This document shows positions 54,184 to 64,000 of a DNA stretch of 64,000 nt, piece by piece; position 1 is the stretch's first letter; each line of letters begins with the position of its first letter. The translations under genes and the position numbers were made by a program. This stretch comes from an uncultured Bryobacteraceae bacterium. Its GTDB lineage: Bacteria; Acidobacteriota; Terriglobia; Bryobacterales; Bryobacteraceae. The notes beneath the pieces were generated by a model. It had not been told where the DNA came from. It ran no database searches and worked only from the letters and a program-made list of their open reading frames with translations. The stretch spans positions 56,552 through 120,551 of the forward strand of contig CAXTMN010000001.1 in assembly GCA_964245395.1 (NCBI GenBank). Reading direction: 5' to 3'.

Positions 54184-54543
54184 GAGATTTATGCAGAGGC
54201 AGGCCGGCGGTAACCAGGCCGGTCCGATCGTGCCCGTCCTAGGAAGCGATCCACAGATGGCTACCAAAATGAGGCGAGTTCTCATGGTCCATAGGGAGGC
54301 AAAACAGGCAAATAGCTGGTAGAATTATCACCAACCTCGTTCTCGGCTCCATTTTGGTTATCATCGTGCACTTGAGGTGAGCGGCACGAGAAGGAATGTT
54401 CCGGCCTGAGCGCTTTCGCCCTTCGGCCCCAGGTTGATTCAAGTTTGTCCGATGCGCATTTGTCCCGCTTGTAATGCTCCCAATATGGACGGTGTCCTTG
54501 CCTGTGAGAGCTGTAGTTCTACCCTGCCTCCTGATGCAGACAC
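54184..54543. repeat. direct repeat copy 2 (360 bp)
   Basis: See 51291..51678. Confidence 0.9.
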
Positions 54544-56875
54544 CGTTGTCCAGGACGACGACGGGCAACTCACGATAGCTGCTGTATTTACGGCGCCGTT
54601 ATCTTCTCCGGCCGCTGCTGCTGCAGCTCAGCGGGCATTTAGCGCGCTCGTTCCCGGAGATGTGCTTTGCGACCGGTACGAAATTGTCGAACGGCTGGGT
54701 CAAGGCGGAATGGGAAGCGTGTACAAGGCCATGGACCAGGAACTGGAGCGGTTCGTCGCACTGAAGACCGTCCGTCCCGATCTTGCTTCGAATGCCGGCA
54801 TGCTGCGGAGGCTGAAGCAGGAGATTCTGCTGGCGCGGAAGGTAACCCATCCGAACGTCATTCGCATACACGACATTGGCGTAGCCGACGGGCTCCGTTT
54901 TATTACGATGGAGTACTTCGAAGGCTCCGATCTTGGCTCTCATTTATATAAGAACCGGAAGCTTGGGTCTGCGGAATCGACGGGTATTGTGCGCCAGATC
55001 TGCGACGGGTTGGCTGCGGCGCACAAGCAGGGTGTCATCCATCGGGATTTGAAGCCGCAGAATGTGCTGATCAATGAACGCGGGGAAATTCGAATACTCG
55101 ATTTCGGACTGGCCCGTTCCGTCGAGTCGCCCAACCTGACACGCAGCGGCATGCTGGTGGGAACGCCGAATTATATGTCGCCCGAGCAAGCCACGGGCGA
55201 TCCGGTCGATGTTCAGTCAGATATCTACGCTGTGGGCTTGATGTGGTACGAGATGTTGACGGGCGCTTTACCGTTTAAGGGCGAGACTTCGATGGCCCGG
55301 CTTGTGGAACGTACAGTAAAGCCCGTGACGCCCCCCGGAGAGGTCGAGCCCGACATTCCGCAACACGTAAGCGACGTAATCATGCGGTGTCTTGAGATCG
55401 ACCCTGCGTGCCGTTATGGAAGCGTAACAGAGCTTATCGGAGCTCTTCGGAGTTGGGATTCGGGCACTCCGGGCCAAGGCGTACCCCGACCTGCGCTGGG
55501 GTTGTCTACGCTGCCTGTTATAGCGCCCCCGACTGACTTTGTTGCCGTCGTCCCGCTGCGCCCAGGGTTCCTCAGTGTGACTACTATGGCGGTTGCCATT
55601 GCCTGCCTTGCAGTGGCGTGTCTTGGCGTGGCGAGTTTTATTGTCTTGAAGTCTCGCGCCCATAGGGGGCCGGACCTTGCCGAATCACAGCAGTCAATCA
55701 ATCCTCAAGCGAATGAACTCATCCTTGAAGGACGGAATATCCTGGGGCATCACCGCGATCAGGCCAATGTGAGTGCGTCGTTAGAGAAGTTTCGGGAGGC
55801 GCTCAATAAGGATGGGAATGCCGTGTTGGCCTGGACAGGGATCGCCGATGGCAGCCTGGAAATGCTACGGATCACTCGCGATAGCATATGGGCAGCAAAG
55901 GCTTACGACGCCGCACGGCAGGCCCAGAGCCGGAACAGCAACCTGCCGGAAGTTCATTTTGCCCTCGGAAGTGTTTATGTTCAACAGGGCAAGGCAGGCG
56001 AGGCTGTTGCCCAGATTAAGCAGGGATTAGCGGTCCAGAAGGATTCCGACGATGGATACATGCGGCTGGGCAAAGCGTACCTGGCGTTGAACAAGCCGGA
56101 TGAAGCGATCAGCGCCTACAAACATGCGGTAGAGCTTAGCAAGTACAGCCAATATACGCACGATGCTTTAGCAAAGGCTTACCTGAAACTGGGGCGCAAC
56201 CACGAAGCTTTGAAGGAGTTCGAGCAGGAGCTCGATATCCGGCCGAATGACGCGAGTGTTCATAACGCGATGGGTGTTATTTACTCTCGCCAAAGCCGCT
56301 GGGACAAAGCCCTGGAGGAATTTAAGCTAGCCGCAAGCAATGTCAAACCGTCCGCTTCCGCTTACTCCAATCTCGGCAGCGCGTACTTTTATCTGGGGCG
56401 GTACCCGGATGCTATCCGGATGTGCCAACAGGCGATTGCTATTAATCCGAACAGTGCTCTCTTTATGGGGAACCTTGCTGACGCTTATCGACAAGCAAAG
56501 CAATACGAAAAAGCTCAACTTCGATACACACGCGCCATTGAACTCGCTTCCGATCAGCTCGACACGGACCCCAAAGACGCCGGTACGCTGGCGCTCCTGG
56601 CTTTGTATTATGCGAGGAAAGGTGGCAGGGCTGGTGTCGAGAAGGGTGAGGATTACATCCAGAAGGCGCGGGAAATAGATGCCCGCAACAACGAACTTAT
56701 GTATGACCAAGCGATTGTTTTGGCTTTGGACGGAAAAGTTGAGGAGTCGTGCGCGGCTCTAAAAGAAGCTTTGAATCACGGCTTCTCTTTAGGACAAGCA
56801 GTGGCCGAGCCGGATCTGGCGCGCGTTCGAGCGTTGCCTTCGTTTCCGGCTCTTTTGAAAACCATCAACAGCTAA
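54452..56875 (+). CDS. Ser/Thr protein kinase with N-terminal zinc-ribbon, one TM helix and C-terminal TPR domain
   Basis: CPACN...CESC; GQGGMGSVYKA; VALK; HRDLKPQNVLI; DFGLAR; TM helix MAVAIACLAVACLGVASFIVL; multiple TPR units. Confidence 0.9.
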   Translation: MRICPACNAPNMDGVLACESCSSTLPPDADTVVQDDDGQLTIAAVFTAPLSSPAAAAAAQRAFSALVPGDVLCDRYEIVERLGQGGMGSVYKAMDQELERFVALKTVRPDLASNAGMLRRLKQEILLARKVTHPNVIRIHDIGVADGLRFITMEYFEGSDLGSHLYKNRKLGSAESTGIVRQICDGLAAAHKQGVIHRDLKPQNVLINERGEIRILDFGLARSVESPNLTRSGMLVGTPNYMSPEQATGDPVDVQSDIYAVGLMWYEMLTGALPFKGETSMARLVERTVKPVTPPGEVEPDIPQHVSDVIMRCLEIDPACRYGSVTELIGALRSWDSGTPGQGVPRPALGLSTLPVIAPPTDFVAVVPLRPGFLSVTTMAVAIACLAVACLGVASFIVLKSRAHRGPDLAESQQSINPQANELILEGRNILGHHRDQANVSASLEKFREALNKDGNAVLAWTGIADGSLEMLRITRDSIWAAKAYDAARQAQSRNSNLPEVHFALGSVYVQQGKAGEAVAQIKQGLAVQKDSDDGYMRLGKAYLALNKPDEAISAYKHAVELSKYSQYTHDALAKAYLKLGRNHEALKEFEQELDIRPNDASVHNAMGVIYSRQSRWDKALEEFKLAASNVKPSASAYSNLGSAYFYLGRYPDAIRMCQQAIAINPNSALFMGNLADAYRQAKQYEKAQLRYTRAIELASDQLDTDPKDAGTLALLALYYARKGGRAGVEKGEDYIQKAREIDARNNELMYDQAIVLALDGKVEESCAALKEALNHGFSLGQAVAEPDLARVRALPSFPALLKTINS

Positions 56876-57447
56876 ACTGTTCGTTTCCTCTTCAGAAGTC
56901 CCCAACAGCCGATACCACCGAAACCAGCTACTAACAAAAGCCAAGTCGACGGTTCCGGGGAGAAGTCATTAGCTCTGCCATTGAAAGTGTTGTCCGGCAG
57001 CCATCCGCCGCTGCCGTTTGGATCGGGATTCTGTGTGCCAGGGGAGATAAAATCATTCAAGTTGATAGTGAATGGAACGCCGTTTCCCAAACCACCTGTC
57101 GCCGGGGTGGGACCTGTCAGCGAGATGTCGTATAAGGTGGTGCCTCCTGCCTGTAAGGTCGGAGCGATTTGGCAGAAGCTAAAGAACGGTCCGGGTCCGC
57201 AAGCGAAGGTGCTGTTCGAGGGGAGGTCGACGGAAAAATCCAACTTTGTCCAGTTTTGAAGACTCTCGTTCACGAAGTTAAAAATTCCCCCGCCGCTTTG
57301 GTTATCGGAAAAGGTGAAAGTAGTCGTCGTGATGGGAGTTCCGCCAGTGGGATCCTCGACTGAAAACACCGGATCTATGGGGTCTGCTTGTACAACCAGT
57401 GCGGCAGTCATGGCCAACCCCGCAATTAACAGACTTCGCATCTTCAA
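56872..57447 (-). CDS. PEP-CTERM sorting-domain protein
   Basis: Signal peptide. The C-terminus is FSPEPSTWLLLVAGFGGIGCWGLLKRKR. Confidence 0.85.
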   Translation of the reverse strand: MKMRSLLIAGLAMTAALVVQADPIDPVFSVEDPTGGTPITTTTFTFSDNQSGGGIFNFVNESLQNWTKLDFSVDLPSNSTFACGPGPFFSFCQIAPTLQAGGTTLYDISLTGPTPATGGLGNGVPFTINLNDFISPGTQNPDPNGSGGWLPDNTFNGRANDFSPEPSTWLLLVAGFGGIGCWGLLKRKRTV

Positions 57448-57665
57448 AGTTAACCTCCTGATTGGAAAATGGTCTTCTTACTCCCAGATACCCGGGCGGC
57501 CAGACCATTTACCGGTTATCCAGGGTATCAGTTTAGGCCTCAAATTTGGAGCGGAATAGTACTATTCGGAATACTCCGGCAAACCTTCTCCGGACGTCCT
57601 TTATCATGTAAGTTCAAGGAAAACCTAGGGTTCGAATTGTTCATTCGCCCATCAAGCCACAAACC

Positions 57666-58400
57666 ATGAAAGTGTCTGTCATCATTCCGGCTGCCGGACT
57701 CGGAACCCGTATGGGAAGAACCGCGCCGGAAAAGGCGGGCATCAGCCGCAAACAGTTTATGCTGCTGAATAATTCGCCTATCCTGATTCACACCATCCGA
57801 AAGTTCCTGGCCTGTTCTCTAGTGAGTGAGATCGTGGTTGCTTTGCGCGAAGAGGACCTGTCGTGGGCTCAGGAACTATTCAGGAGTCAAGGGCTGGGGA
57901 ACACAGTCAAGGCTGTTGCAGGAGGTGAGACCCGGCAGCAATCTGTCGAGAACGCTCTGGCTACAGTTAGCGCTGAAACGGAACTGGTGGCGGTACACGA
58001 TGCGGTCCGGCCATTCGTCGAGATCGAAATTATCGAGAAGGTGATCCGTGAGGCAGCCGATCATGGAGCGGCTATTGTGGGGATTGTGCCGGTGGACACG
58101 GTAAAGCAGGTGCACCGCAACAAGGTTCGAACTACACTGCCCCGGGAACGGTTGATCCTGACGCAGACTCCTCAGGTATTCCGGCTCGCTCTCATTCGGC
58201 AGGCTTTTGAAAAGGCGCGTCAGGACCTCTTTATTGGCACGGATGAATCGTCCCTGGTGGAACGACTGGAGCAGGTCGAAGTCTCGGTTGTTCTCGGCAC
58301 CGACCGCAATATTAAGATTACTAAGCCCAGCGATATGGAGTTAGCTCGACTGTACCTGGCGCTTGAGAGCTCGGCTTCGGCATTCTTTGAAAGTTCGTAG
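57666..58400 (+). CDS. ispD: 2-C-methyl-D-erythritol 4-phosphate cytidylyltransferase
   Basis: VIIPAAGLGTRMG...KQFMLL...PILIHTI, with ispF immediately downstream. Confidence 0.9.
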   Translation: MKVSVIIPAAGLGTRMGRTAPEKAGISRKQFMLLNNSPILIHTIRKFLACSLVSEIVVALREEDLSWAQELFRSQGLGNTVKAVAGGETRQQSVENALATVSAETELVAVHDAVRPFVEIEIIEKVIREAADHGAAIVGIVPVDTVKQVHRNKVRTTLPRERLILTQTPQVFRLALIRQAFEKARQDLFIGTDESSLVERLEQVEVSVVLGTDRNIKITKPSDMELARLYLALESSASAFFESS

Positions 58401-58913
58401 ATGAGAGGGATTGATCGGCTGCCCTTTCGCATCGGTCAGGGCTGGGACACTCATCGACTAGAGTCTGGGCGTCCGCTCATTCTAGGCGGCATCCACATAC
58501 CCTCTGAACTTGGCTTGGCAGGTCACTCCGATGCAGATGTTCTCTTTCATGCTGTAACGGACGCGTTACTCGGAGCGATGGCGCTGGGGGATATCGGTAT
58601 GCATTTCCCCGATACTGCACCCGAATGGAACGGTGCGGGCAGTCTTCAGTTCCTTCAGCACGCTCTGCATCTAGCGGTTGCAGAAGGCTATCGCCCGGTG
58701 AACGTGGATACAAGCGTGCTGCTCGAACGTCCCAAGCTGAAGGAGTATCGGGCCATCATTCAAGAGAGTCTGGCGAACGCTCTCGAGCTACCGGCAGCGG
58801 CCGTTAGTGTGAAGTTCAAAACGGGAGAAAAGGTCGGGCCTGTCGGGGAAGGCCGTTCCTGCGAAGCGCAAGCGGTGGTGCTTCTGGCGGCCGTCCCGGA
58901 GGTGATTAGCTAA
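58401..58913 (+). CDS. ispF: 2-C-methyl-D-erythritol 2,4-cyclodiphosphate synthase
   Basis: RIGQGWDTHRL...GHSDADVLFHAVTDALLGAMALGDIGMHFPDT. Confidence 0.9.
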   Translation: MRGIDRLPFRIGQGWDTHRLESGRPLILGGIHIPSELGLAGHSDADVLFHAVTDALLGAMALGDIGMHFPDTAPEWNGAGSLQFLQHALHLAVAEGYRPVNVDTSVLLERPKLKEYRAIIQESLANALELPAAAVSVKFKTGEKVGPVGEGRSCEAQAVVLLAAVPEVIS

Positions 58914-58945
58914 CTGTGTGGCTAGTTGAGCGCTGTTACTTGCTG

Positions 58946-60547
58946 CTATTCAACAATGGCCGAACTAAATTCCTCGTAGGATCCGGCGAAGTCTTCAATC
59001 CGGTTGTTTTCAAAAAACCAGATTCGCGTGGCGACTTCACTGACCAGATCCTCATCGTGAGTGACGAGCAGAACGGTACCATCGAACTTTTGCAGGGCAA
59101 AATTGAGGGCGTTAATCGATTCAAGATCCAAGTGGTTCGTCGGTTCGTCGAAGACGAGGACATTGGGCTTTTGCAGCATTAACTTGCAGAAGATCAACCG
59201 CGCTGCTTCGCCTCCCGATAAAGCATCCGTCGGTTTCAGGCCCTCTTCACCGCTAAAGAGCATTTGGCCCAGCAAACCGCGGATCTCTTCTTTTGAAGCT
59301 TGCGGATCGTGATCATGGAGCCACTCGGAAACGGTCGTCCCACCGCGGATACTGTTGCGGTGGTCCTGTGCGAAGTAGCCTACCTGGGCTTCATGACCCC
59401 AGGTAACGGTACCTGAATCGAGCGCCACGTCCGGATCGTCCACGCTTGGCGCGTTTGCTAGGAGAGCTTTGAGGAGGGTCGTTTTGCCACTTCCGTTCCG
59501 ACCCATCAGAGCGATTTTTTCGCCGCGCCGGACGCCACCTGAAAAACCTTTGATTACCTGAAGATCACCGTAGGCTTTGGCCACTTCCTTGAACTCCAAA
59601 GCCTGCCGGCCGGAAGGCCGCTTCATCTCGAAGCGGATGAAGGGGCGCGCGATGTTCGACCGTGCAAGCTCCGTATTCTGCAGCCGCTCGACTTCTTTCT
59701 TTCGCGAGGTCACCTGGCTGGCGCGCGTACCGGCCGAAAATCGCGCGATGAATTCGTTCAACTGCGCCACCTTCTTTTCGCGCTGAGCGTTCTCGGACTC
59801 AATTCGCGAGCGAATTTGGGTCTTCTGGAGCACCATATCGTCGTACCCGCCCGGATAGGTGATAATCGTCTGGTAATCGATGTCCGCAGTGTGCGTGCAG
59901 ACGCTATTCAGGAAGTGACGATCATGGGAGATGACGATCAACGTGCCATCGTAACGCGCCAGAAAGTCTTGCAGCCAATGAATGGACTGCAGATCGAGGT
60001 AGTTGGTCGGCTCGTCCAGGAGCAGTGCGTCGGGGTGTCCAAAGAGTGCTTGCGCAAGCAAGACACGAACTTTCTGGCCGCCTTGTAATTCGTTCATCTG
60101 ACGATTGTGCAGCGGTTCAGGAATGTCGAGGCCGTCAAGTAGCACGGCGGCGTCGCTCTCGGCCGTATAGCCGTCTTCCTCAGCAACAACCCCTTCGAGT
60201 TCGCCGAGACGCATGCCATCCTCGTCGGTTAGATCGGCTTTCGAGTACAGGGCTTCCCGCTCTTCGAGCGCCTTCCATAACGGAAGATTACCCATGATCA
60301 CCGTATCGATCACTCGATACTGATCGAAGGCAAACTGGTCCTGGCGCAAGATTCCTAATTTTTTGGGACGGACGACGTTGCCCTTTTGCGGCTCGTTCTC
60401 GCCGGAGAGCAGCTTCATGAAGGTCGATTTACCCGCTCCGTTGGGACCGGTCAGACCGTAACGCCGACCGGAGAGGAAAGTGGTTCCCACTTCGTCGAAC
60501 AAAATTTTGCCGCCGAAGCGCATACTAACATTACTTACTGAAATCAT
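58946..60547 (-). CDS. ABC-F family ATPase (two ABC domains, no TM)
   Basis: Two Walker A sites (GPNGAGKST; GRNGSGKTT), two LSGG signature motifs, and an inter-domain linker. The start was set at ATG 60547 (MISVSNVSMRFG). Confidence 0.85.
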   Translation of the reverse strand: MISVSNVSMRFGGKILFDEVGTTFLSGRRYGLTGPNGAGKSTFMKLLSGENEPQKGNVVRPKKLGILRQDQFAFDQYRVIDTVIMGNLPLWKALEEREALYSKADLTDEDGMRLGELEGVVAEEDGYTAESDAAVLLDGLDIPEPLHNRQMNELQGGQKVRVLLAQALFGHPDALLLDEPTNYLDLQSIHWLQDFLARYDGTLIVISHDRHFLNSVCTHTADIDYQTIITYPGGYDDMVLQKTQIRSRIESENAQREKKVAQLNEFIARFSAGTRASQVTSRKKEVERLQNTELARSNIARPFIRFEMKRPSGRQALEFKEVAKAYGDLQVIKGFSGGVRRGEKIALMGRNGSGKTTLLKALLANAPSVDDPDVALDSGTVTWGHEAQVGYFAQDHRNSIRGGTTVSEWLHDHDPQASKEEIRGLLGQMLFSGEEGLKPTDALSGGEAARLIFCKLMLQKPNVLVFDEPTNHLDLESINALNFALQKFDGTVLLVTHDEDLVSEVATRIWFFENNRIEDFAGSYEEFSSAIVE

Positions 60548-60637
60548 GAGAAGACAAAAAAGGGGAGAAGATTCTATTTTAGCGCGGTAACGCCGCAATC
60601 TGTCTGCTTTGCCGCACGTTTCGGGTTATCGGGAGTC

Positions 60638-61546
60638 TTACTGCTGTCCGGCAAAGGCGCTGGAAATGTTCGAGGGAGCGGCTTTCAGCTGGTCCTTCGC
60701 CCTGGTTGTATGGGAGCCGCACGTATCTGCGTAAACCTTCGTAAAAACCGCCCCGAAGAAGAAAATCTGAGCCGAGTAGTAGACCCACACAACAAGCGCC
60801 ACGAGTGATCCAGCAGCGCCATAGGTAGATCCAACACCGACGGTACTCAGATAGAGGGCGAGCAATCCCCTGCCAACACTGAACAGGCATGAGGTGGCGA
60901 ATGCCCCGATAATCACATCCCGCCAGGCAATCGGAACATTCGGAACAAACTTGAAGATCAAGGCAAATAAGACCGAAATGGCGACCATGGATATAACGAC
61001 ATTGGCCGTTTTCCCCACAATGGCAAGATGCAGCGGAACGAGCCCGCTAAAGAATCTCTCAACAATGGCAAGCCCAGCGCTCAGAATGAGCGATACGAGC
61101 AGAAGGAAGCCTAGGGCCAGCACCATTCCAAATGAAATCGCCCTCTGCCAGATGAATGTGCGCCAGGTAGAGGATTGCTGGGGCGCATCCCAAATGATAT
61201 TGAGCGAATCGCGCAGCTCAACGAATACGCCGGAGGCGCCGAACAGGAGAGTCACAAGCGCAACGATGCTGGCGATAACGCCGCTGCCCGGCTGGTGCGC
61301 ACTGTCCAACAGCATCTTTACGGTTTTTGCGCCAGCTGATCCCATCACCTGCCCAACTTGATTGAGCAGTTGCACTTCGGCGGTCTGCTTGAACACAACT
61401 CCGCAGATGGTCACTACAAAAACCAGCAAAGGCGCGAGTGACAGCAGCGTGTAGTAAGCGAGCGAGGCTCCGAGACGAGGAGCATTATGATCACTCCAGC
61501 TCGAGGCAGTCGATTTACAGATTACCTTGATTTGTTGTACGGTCAT
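60638..61546 (-). CDS. YihY/BrkB-family membrane protein
   Basis: DHNAPRLGASLAYYTLLSLAPLLVFVV followed by about 6 TM helices. The start was set at ATG 61546. Confidence 0.8.
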   Translation of the reverse strand: MTVQQIKVICKSTASSWSDHNAPRLGASLAYYTLLSLAPLLVFVVTICGVVFKQTAEVQLLNQVGQVMGSAGAKTVKMLLDSAHQPGSGVIASIVALVTLLFGASGVFVELRDSLNIIWDAPQQSSTWRTFIWQRAISFGMVLALGFLLLVSLILSAGLAIVERFFSGLVPLHLAIVGKTANVVISMVAISVLFALIFKFVPNVPIAWRDVIIGAFATSCLFSVGRGLLALYLSTVGVGSTYGAAGSLVALVVWVYYSAQIFFFGAVFTKVYADTCGSHTTRAKDQLKAAPSNISSAFAGQQ

Positions 61547-61711
61547 TTTCCTCACCTGATTGCAAAATCTATTTTCCCCCCAAGCTGAGACACTTGTAAC
61601 AAGGCAAACAGTCGTGGCGTCCACAGATTACATTAATGAGGTCAGGTCTCTTCATTCGCTGACGTCCATGCGAGCCAGTTTCTGGTTCTTTTTTTCATAA
61701 TCATACGGAAG

Positions 61712-64000
61712 ATGGGATTGTCGTTCTCTGCTTTCATAGCTCTTTCACTTGATCTTTGCTTGTTTGCGGGATCGAACCTCCTCGAAGCCCAGGATTTCGC
61801 AGGCAAAACGGTCGTTGCTGTGGAGTACCAGCCTGCTGTACAGCCCATTGATGCCCGTGACTTACAAAACGCGCAGATGGTTCATACCGGCGACTCGCTG
61901 GACTGGCACCCGGTCGCGGCCACTGTAGACCGGTTGTTTGCTAGCGGACTCTACAGGGACATTCAAGTGGATGCCGAACCAGATGGGGGTGGCGTTCGCG
62001 TGCGCTTCATCACCACACCCGAGCGGTTTATTGGACACGTTGGGGCTCGCGGCGATATCAAGGATCCTCCTAGCCGGGCAGTCATCATCAGCGACGCTCA
62101 GCTAGCTCTGGGAACTGCCTACGACGAGCAGGTTCTTGAAACGGCTCGTAAGACGGTTGAGTCAGAGATGCACGAGAACGGGCTCTACCGGGCGAAGGTC
62201 AGCGTAGCTACGATTGAAGATCCTGAGACTCATCAAGTAACAATACGATTTCTTGTTGCTGCGGGTAAACGCGCGAAATATGAGATGCCGGTCGTCCAGG
62301 GCGATTCCAAGCTCTCCAACAACACCATCGTGCGCGCGACCGGATGGCGCATTCCTCTGATCAAACGCTGGCGTCAGGTGACCGGCGCACTTACTGATAG
62401 AGGAACCGAGAACATTCAGAAAAGGTATGCCAAGATTGGGCGGCTCACTGCATCTGTCGATTTAGCCTCGATGGAGTACGATCCTGATTCGAATACTGCC
62501 AAGCCGACCCTTGATATAACGGCCGGTCCTAAGATCACCCTCAAGGCTGTGGAGGCAAAGATCTCTAAGTCGAAGCTGAAGCAGTTGGTCCCTGTGTACG
62601 AGGAGGGGTCGGTTGACAACGATCTGCTCGCAGAGGGTGGACGCAACCTCAAGGATTACTTTCAAGGCCGGGGATATCCCGATGTCGATGTGACTTACAA
62701 GCAGGAACCGGCGCAAAACGATGAGCAGACGATAAATTACTACATTGCTACCGGTCCGCGCCGAAAGTTGGTGAACGTAAACATCATCGGCAACGATTAT
62801 TTCTTAAACGACACGTTGCGCGAACGGATGTTTCTTGAGCCGAAGTCACTGGTTCTCCGCTATGGGCGCTATAGCGAAAGCTTCCGGAAGAAAGATGAAG
62901 AGACCATCAGCGGCCTCTATCTAGCAAACGGATTTCGAAATGTCAAAGTAACCTCCAGTGTGGAAACGAATTACAAAGGGAAGGAAAACGATCTTTCAGT
63001 TACATTCCGAATTAGTCAGGGCAAACAGTGGCGGGTAGCTCACCTGAAGATAGAAGGTAATTCACAGCTTGACCTTGGTCCGATTACCAATCGTTTCACT
63101 GCTATTGAAGGCCAGCCCTATGCGGAGGTCAACATCTCCACCGACCGCAACGAGATTCTCAATTACTACTATGCGCATGGGTTCCCCTCTGCTTCTTTTC
63201 GTTACGCCGCAGTGCCTGATCCGAATGCAAGCACAGTTGATCTGATTTACAACATCACCGAAGGACCTCGCGAGTTTATCCGCAAGGTAATCATCTCCGG
63301 CCTGTATCGTACCCATCCTTCTCTCGTCCAGAATCGCATCGATCTAAACGAGGGCGACCCTCTCGACATGACCAAGATCAATAACATCTCCCGCCGGTTA
63401 TCCAATCTCGGTATCTTCGCTAATGTGAATGCCGGTATCCAGGATCCGGATGGAACCAATAATTATAAGAATGTACTTTACGACCTAGATGAAGCCGGCC
63501 GTTATACGTTCAATGTCGGACTCGGATTGGAAGTCGGTCAGTTTGGCGGAACCACGAACAGCTTGTCTTCAGCAGGCGGAGCTAAGGGCGCTTCTCCTAT
63601 CATTTCGTTCAACGTAAACCGTCTTAACTTTCGCGGGATCGGTGAAACCATAGCTCTTCAGGTCCGCTATTCGAGCCTGGAGCAACGGGATTCGATCAGC
63701 TACATCATTCCTCACTTTCTGGGATCGTTAAATCGGACAGTTACCCTGACAGCCCTGTACGACACCACGCAGGATGTGCAGACGTTCTCCTCACGCCGTT
63801 TGGAGACTTCGCTTCAAACCTCCCAGCGGTTCAGTCGCGCTTCCACCTTGCTGCTGCGTTTCTCTTACCGCCGAGTTAGTACAGGCAACATCAATATTCC
63901 TTCGTTGCTGATTCCGGCGCTTTCTCAGCCGGTGCGGATCGGAATTCTTTCTGCAAGCTACATCCAAGATCGGCGAGATAATCCGAGCGATGCTCATCAC
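61712..64000 (+). CDS. bamA: outer membrane protein assembly factor BamA (partial, runs off the window end)
   Basis: This ORF is open to the window end and is not in the supplied track. Own translation: signal peptide MGLSFSAFIALSLDLCLFAG, then repeated POTRA-like units (e.g. IEGNSQLDLGPITNRFTAIEGQPY...EILNYYYAHGF), then the start of an Omp85 barrel (RYTFNVGLGLE...). Confidence 0.8.
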   Translation, partial: MGLSFSAFIALSLDLCLFAGSNLLEAQDFAGKTVVAVEYQPAVQPIDARDLQNAQMVHTGDSLDWHPVAATVDRLFASGLYRDIQVDAEPDGGGVRVRFITTPERFIGHVGARGDIKDPPSRAVIISDAQLALGTAYDEQVLETARKTVESEMHENGLYRAKVSVATIEDPETHQVTIRFLVAAGKRAKYEMPVVQGDSKLSNNTIVRATGWRIPLIKRWRQVTGALTDRGTENIQKRYAKIGRLTASVDLASMEYDPDSNTAKPTLDITAGPKITLKAVEAKISKSKLKQLVPVYEEGSVDNDLLAEGGRNLKDYFQGRGYPDVDVTYKQEPAQNDEQTINYYIATGPRRKLVNVNIIGNDYFLNDTLRERMFLEPKSLVLRYGRYSESFRKKDEETISGLYLANGFRNVKVTSSVETNYKGKENDLSVTFRISQGKQWRVAHLKIEGNSQLDLGPITNRFTAIEGQPYAEVNISTDRNEILNYYYAHGFPSASFRYAAVPDPNASTVDLIYNITEGPREFIRKVIISGLYRTHPSLVQNRIDLNEGDPLDMTKINNISRRLSNLGIFANVNAGIQDPDGTNNYKNVLYDLDEAGRYTFNVGLGLEVGQFGGTTNSLSSAGGAKGASPIISFNVNRLNFRGIGETIALQVRYSSLEQRDSISYIIPHFLGSLNRTVTLTALYDTTQDVQTFSSRRLETSLQTSQRFSRASTLLLRFSYRRVSTGNINIPSLLIPALSQPVRIGILSASYIQDRRDNPSDAHH

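Noticed and set aside
54239-54568. 109-aa minus-strand ORF (and its twin at 51374..51577) in the repeated intergenic region
   Set aside because: It has no motif. It spans the kinase start codon on the opposite strand, and it appears twice only because the DNA is duplicated. A very short membrane peptide cannot be excluded but is unsupported.
57545-57640. tRNA-like sequence containing ggttcgaat
   Set aside because: The flanking bases do not form a T-stem (aggg versus tgtt). No acceptor or anticodon arms can be drawn.

Overview
This 64-kb chromosomal window is most likely from a soil Acidobacteriota (Terriglobia-like) genome. That is an inference from gene content: a PadR plus ADOP-type permease pair, two PEP-CTERM proteins, a fragment of an Acidobacteria-style giant outer-membrane receptor gene, and a TPR Ser/Thr kinase. 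There is no rRNA or tRNA here to confirm it. Housekeeping genes sit mainly at the right end (aroD-aroE fusion, ispD-ispF, ABC-F ATPase, YihY, bamA). Several metabolic blocks look intact: cytochrome c + PQQ dehydrogenase + SGNH hydrolase, and GH97 + Gfo/Idh/MocA + sugar isomerase + HGSNAT-like acyltransferase. Four accessory patches are interspersed. (i) 1-5.6 kb looks more AT-rich by eye. It holds higBA, an unassigned two-gene cassette whose first product carries a RusA-type acidic nuclease motif, an internally deleted copy of the neighbouring serine-hydrolase gene, and a small-protein/nucleotidyltransferase pair. (ii) 24-26.5 kb holds a DUF433/DUF5615 TA pair plus decayed small ORFs. (iii) 35.5-37.8 kb holds an IS3-family element (4-bp TSD CCTA) inserted into an already decaying radical-SAM gene. 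(iv) 51.3-54.5 kb holds a 2.5-kb mosaic (relaxase stub, AbiEii-like gene, OMP gene fragment) bracketed by perfect 360-bp direct repeats. The window is unusually rich in gene remnants, in-frame deletions, frameshifts and in-frame stops (at least 15 loci). Some of these could be homopolymer sequencing errors. No CRISPR array, rRNA or tRNA was seen. All calls rest on manual motif reading of the supplied ORF translations; no database search was run.
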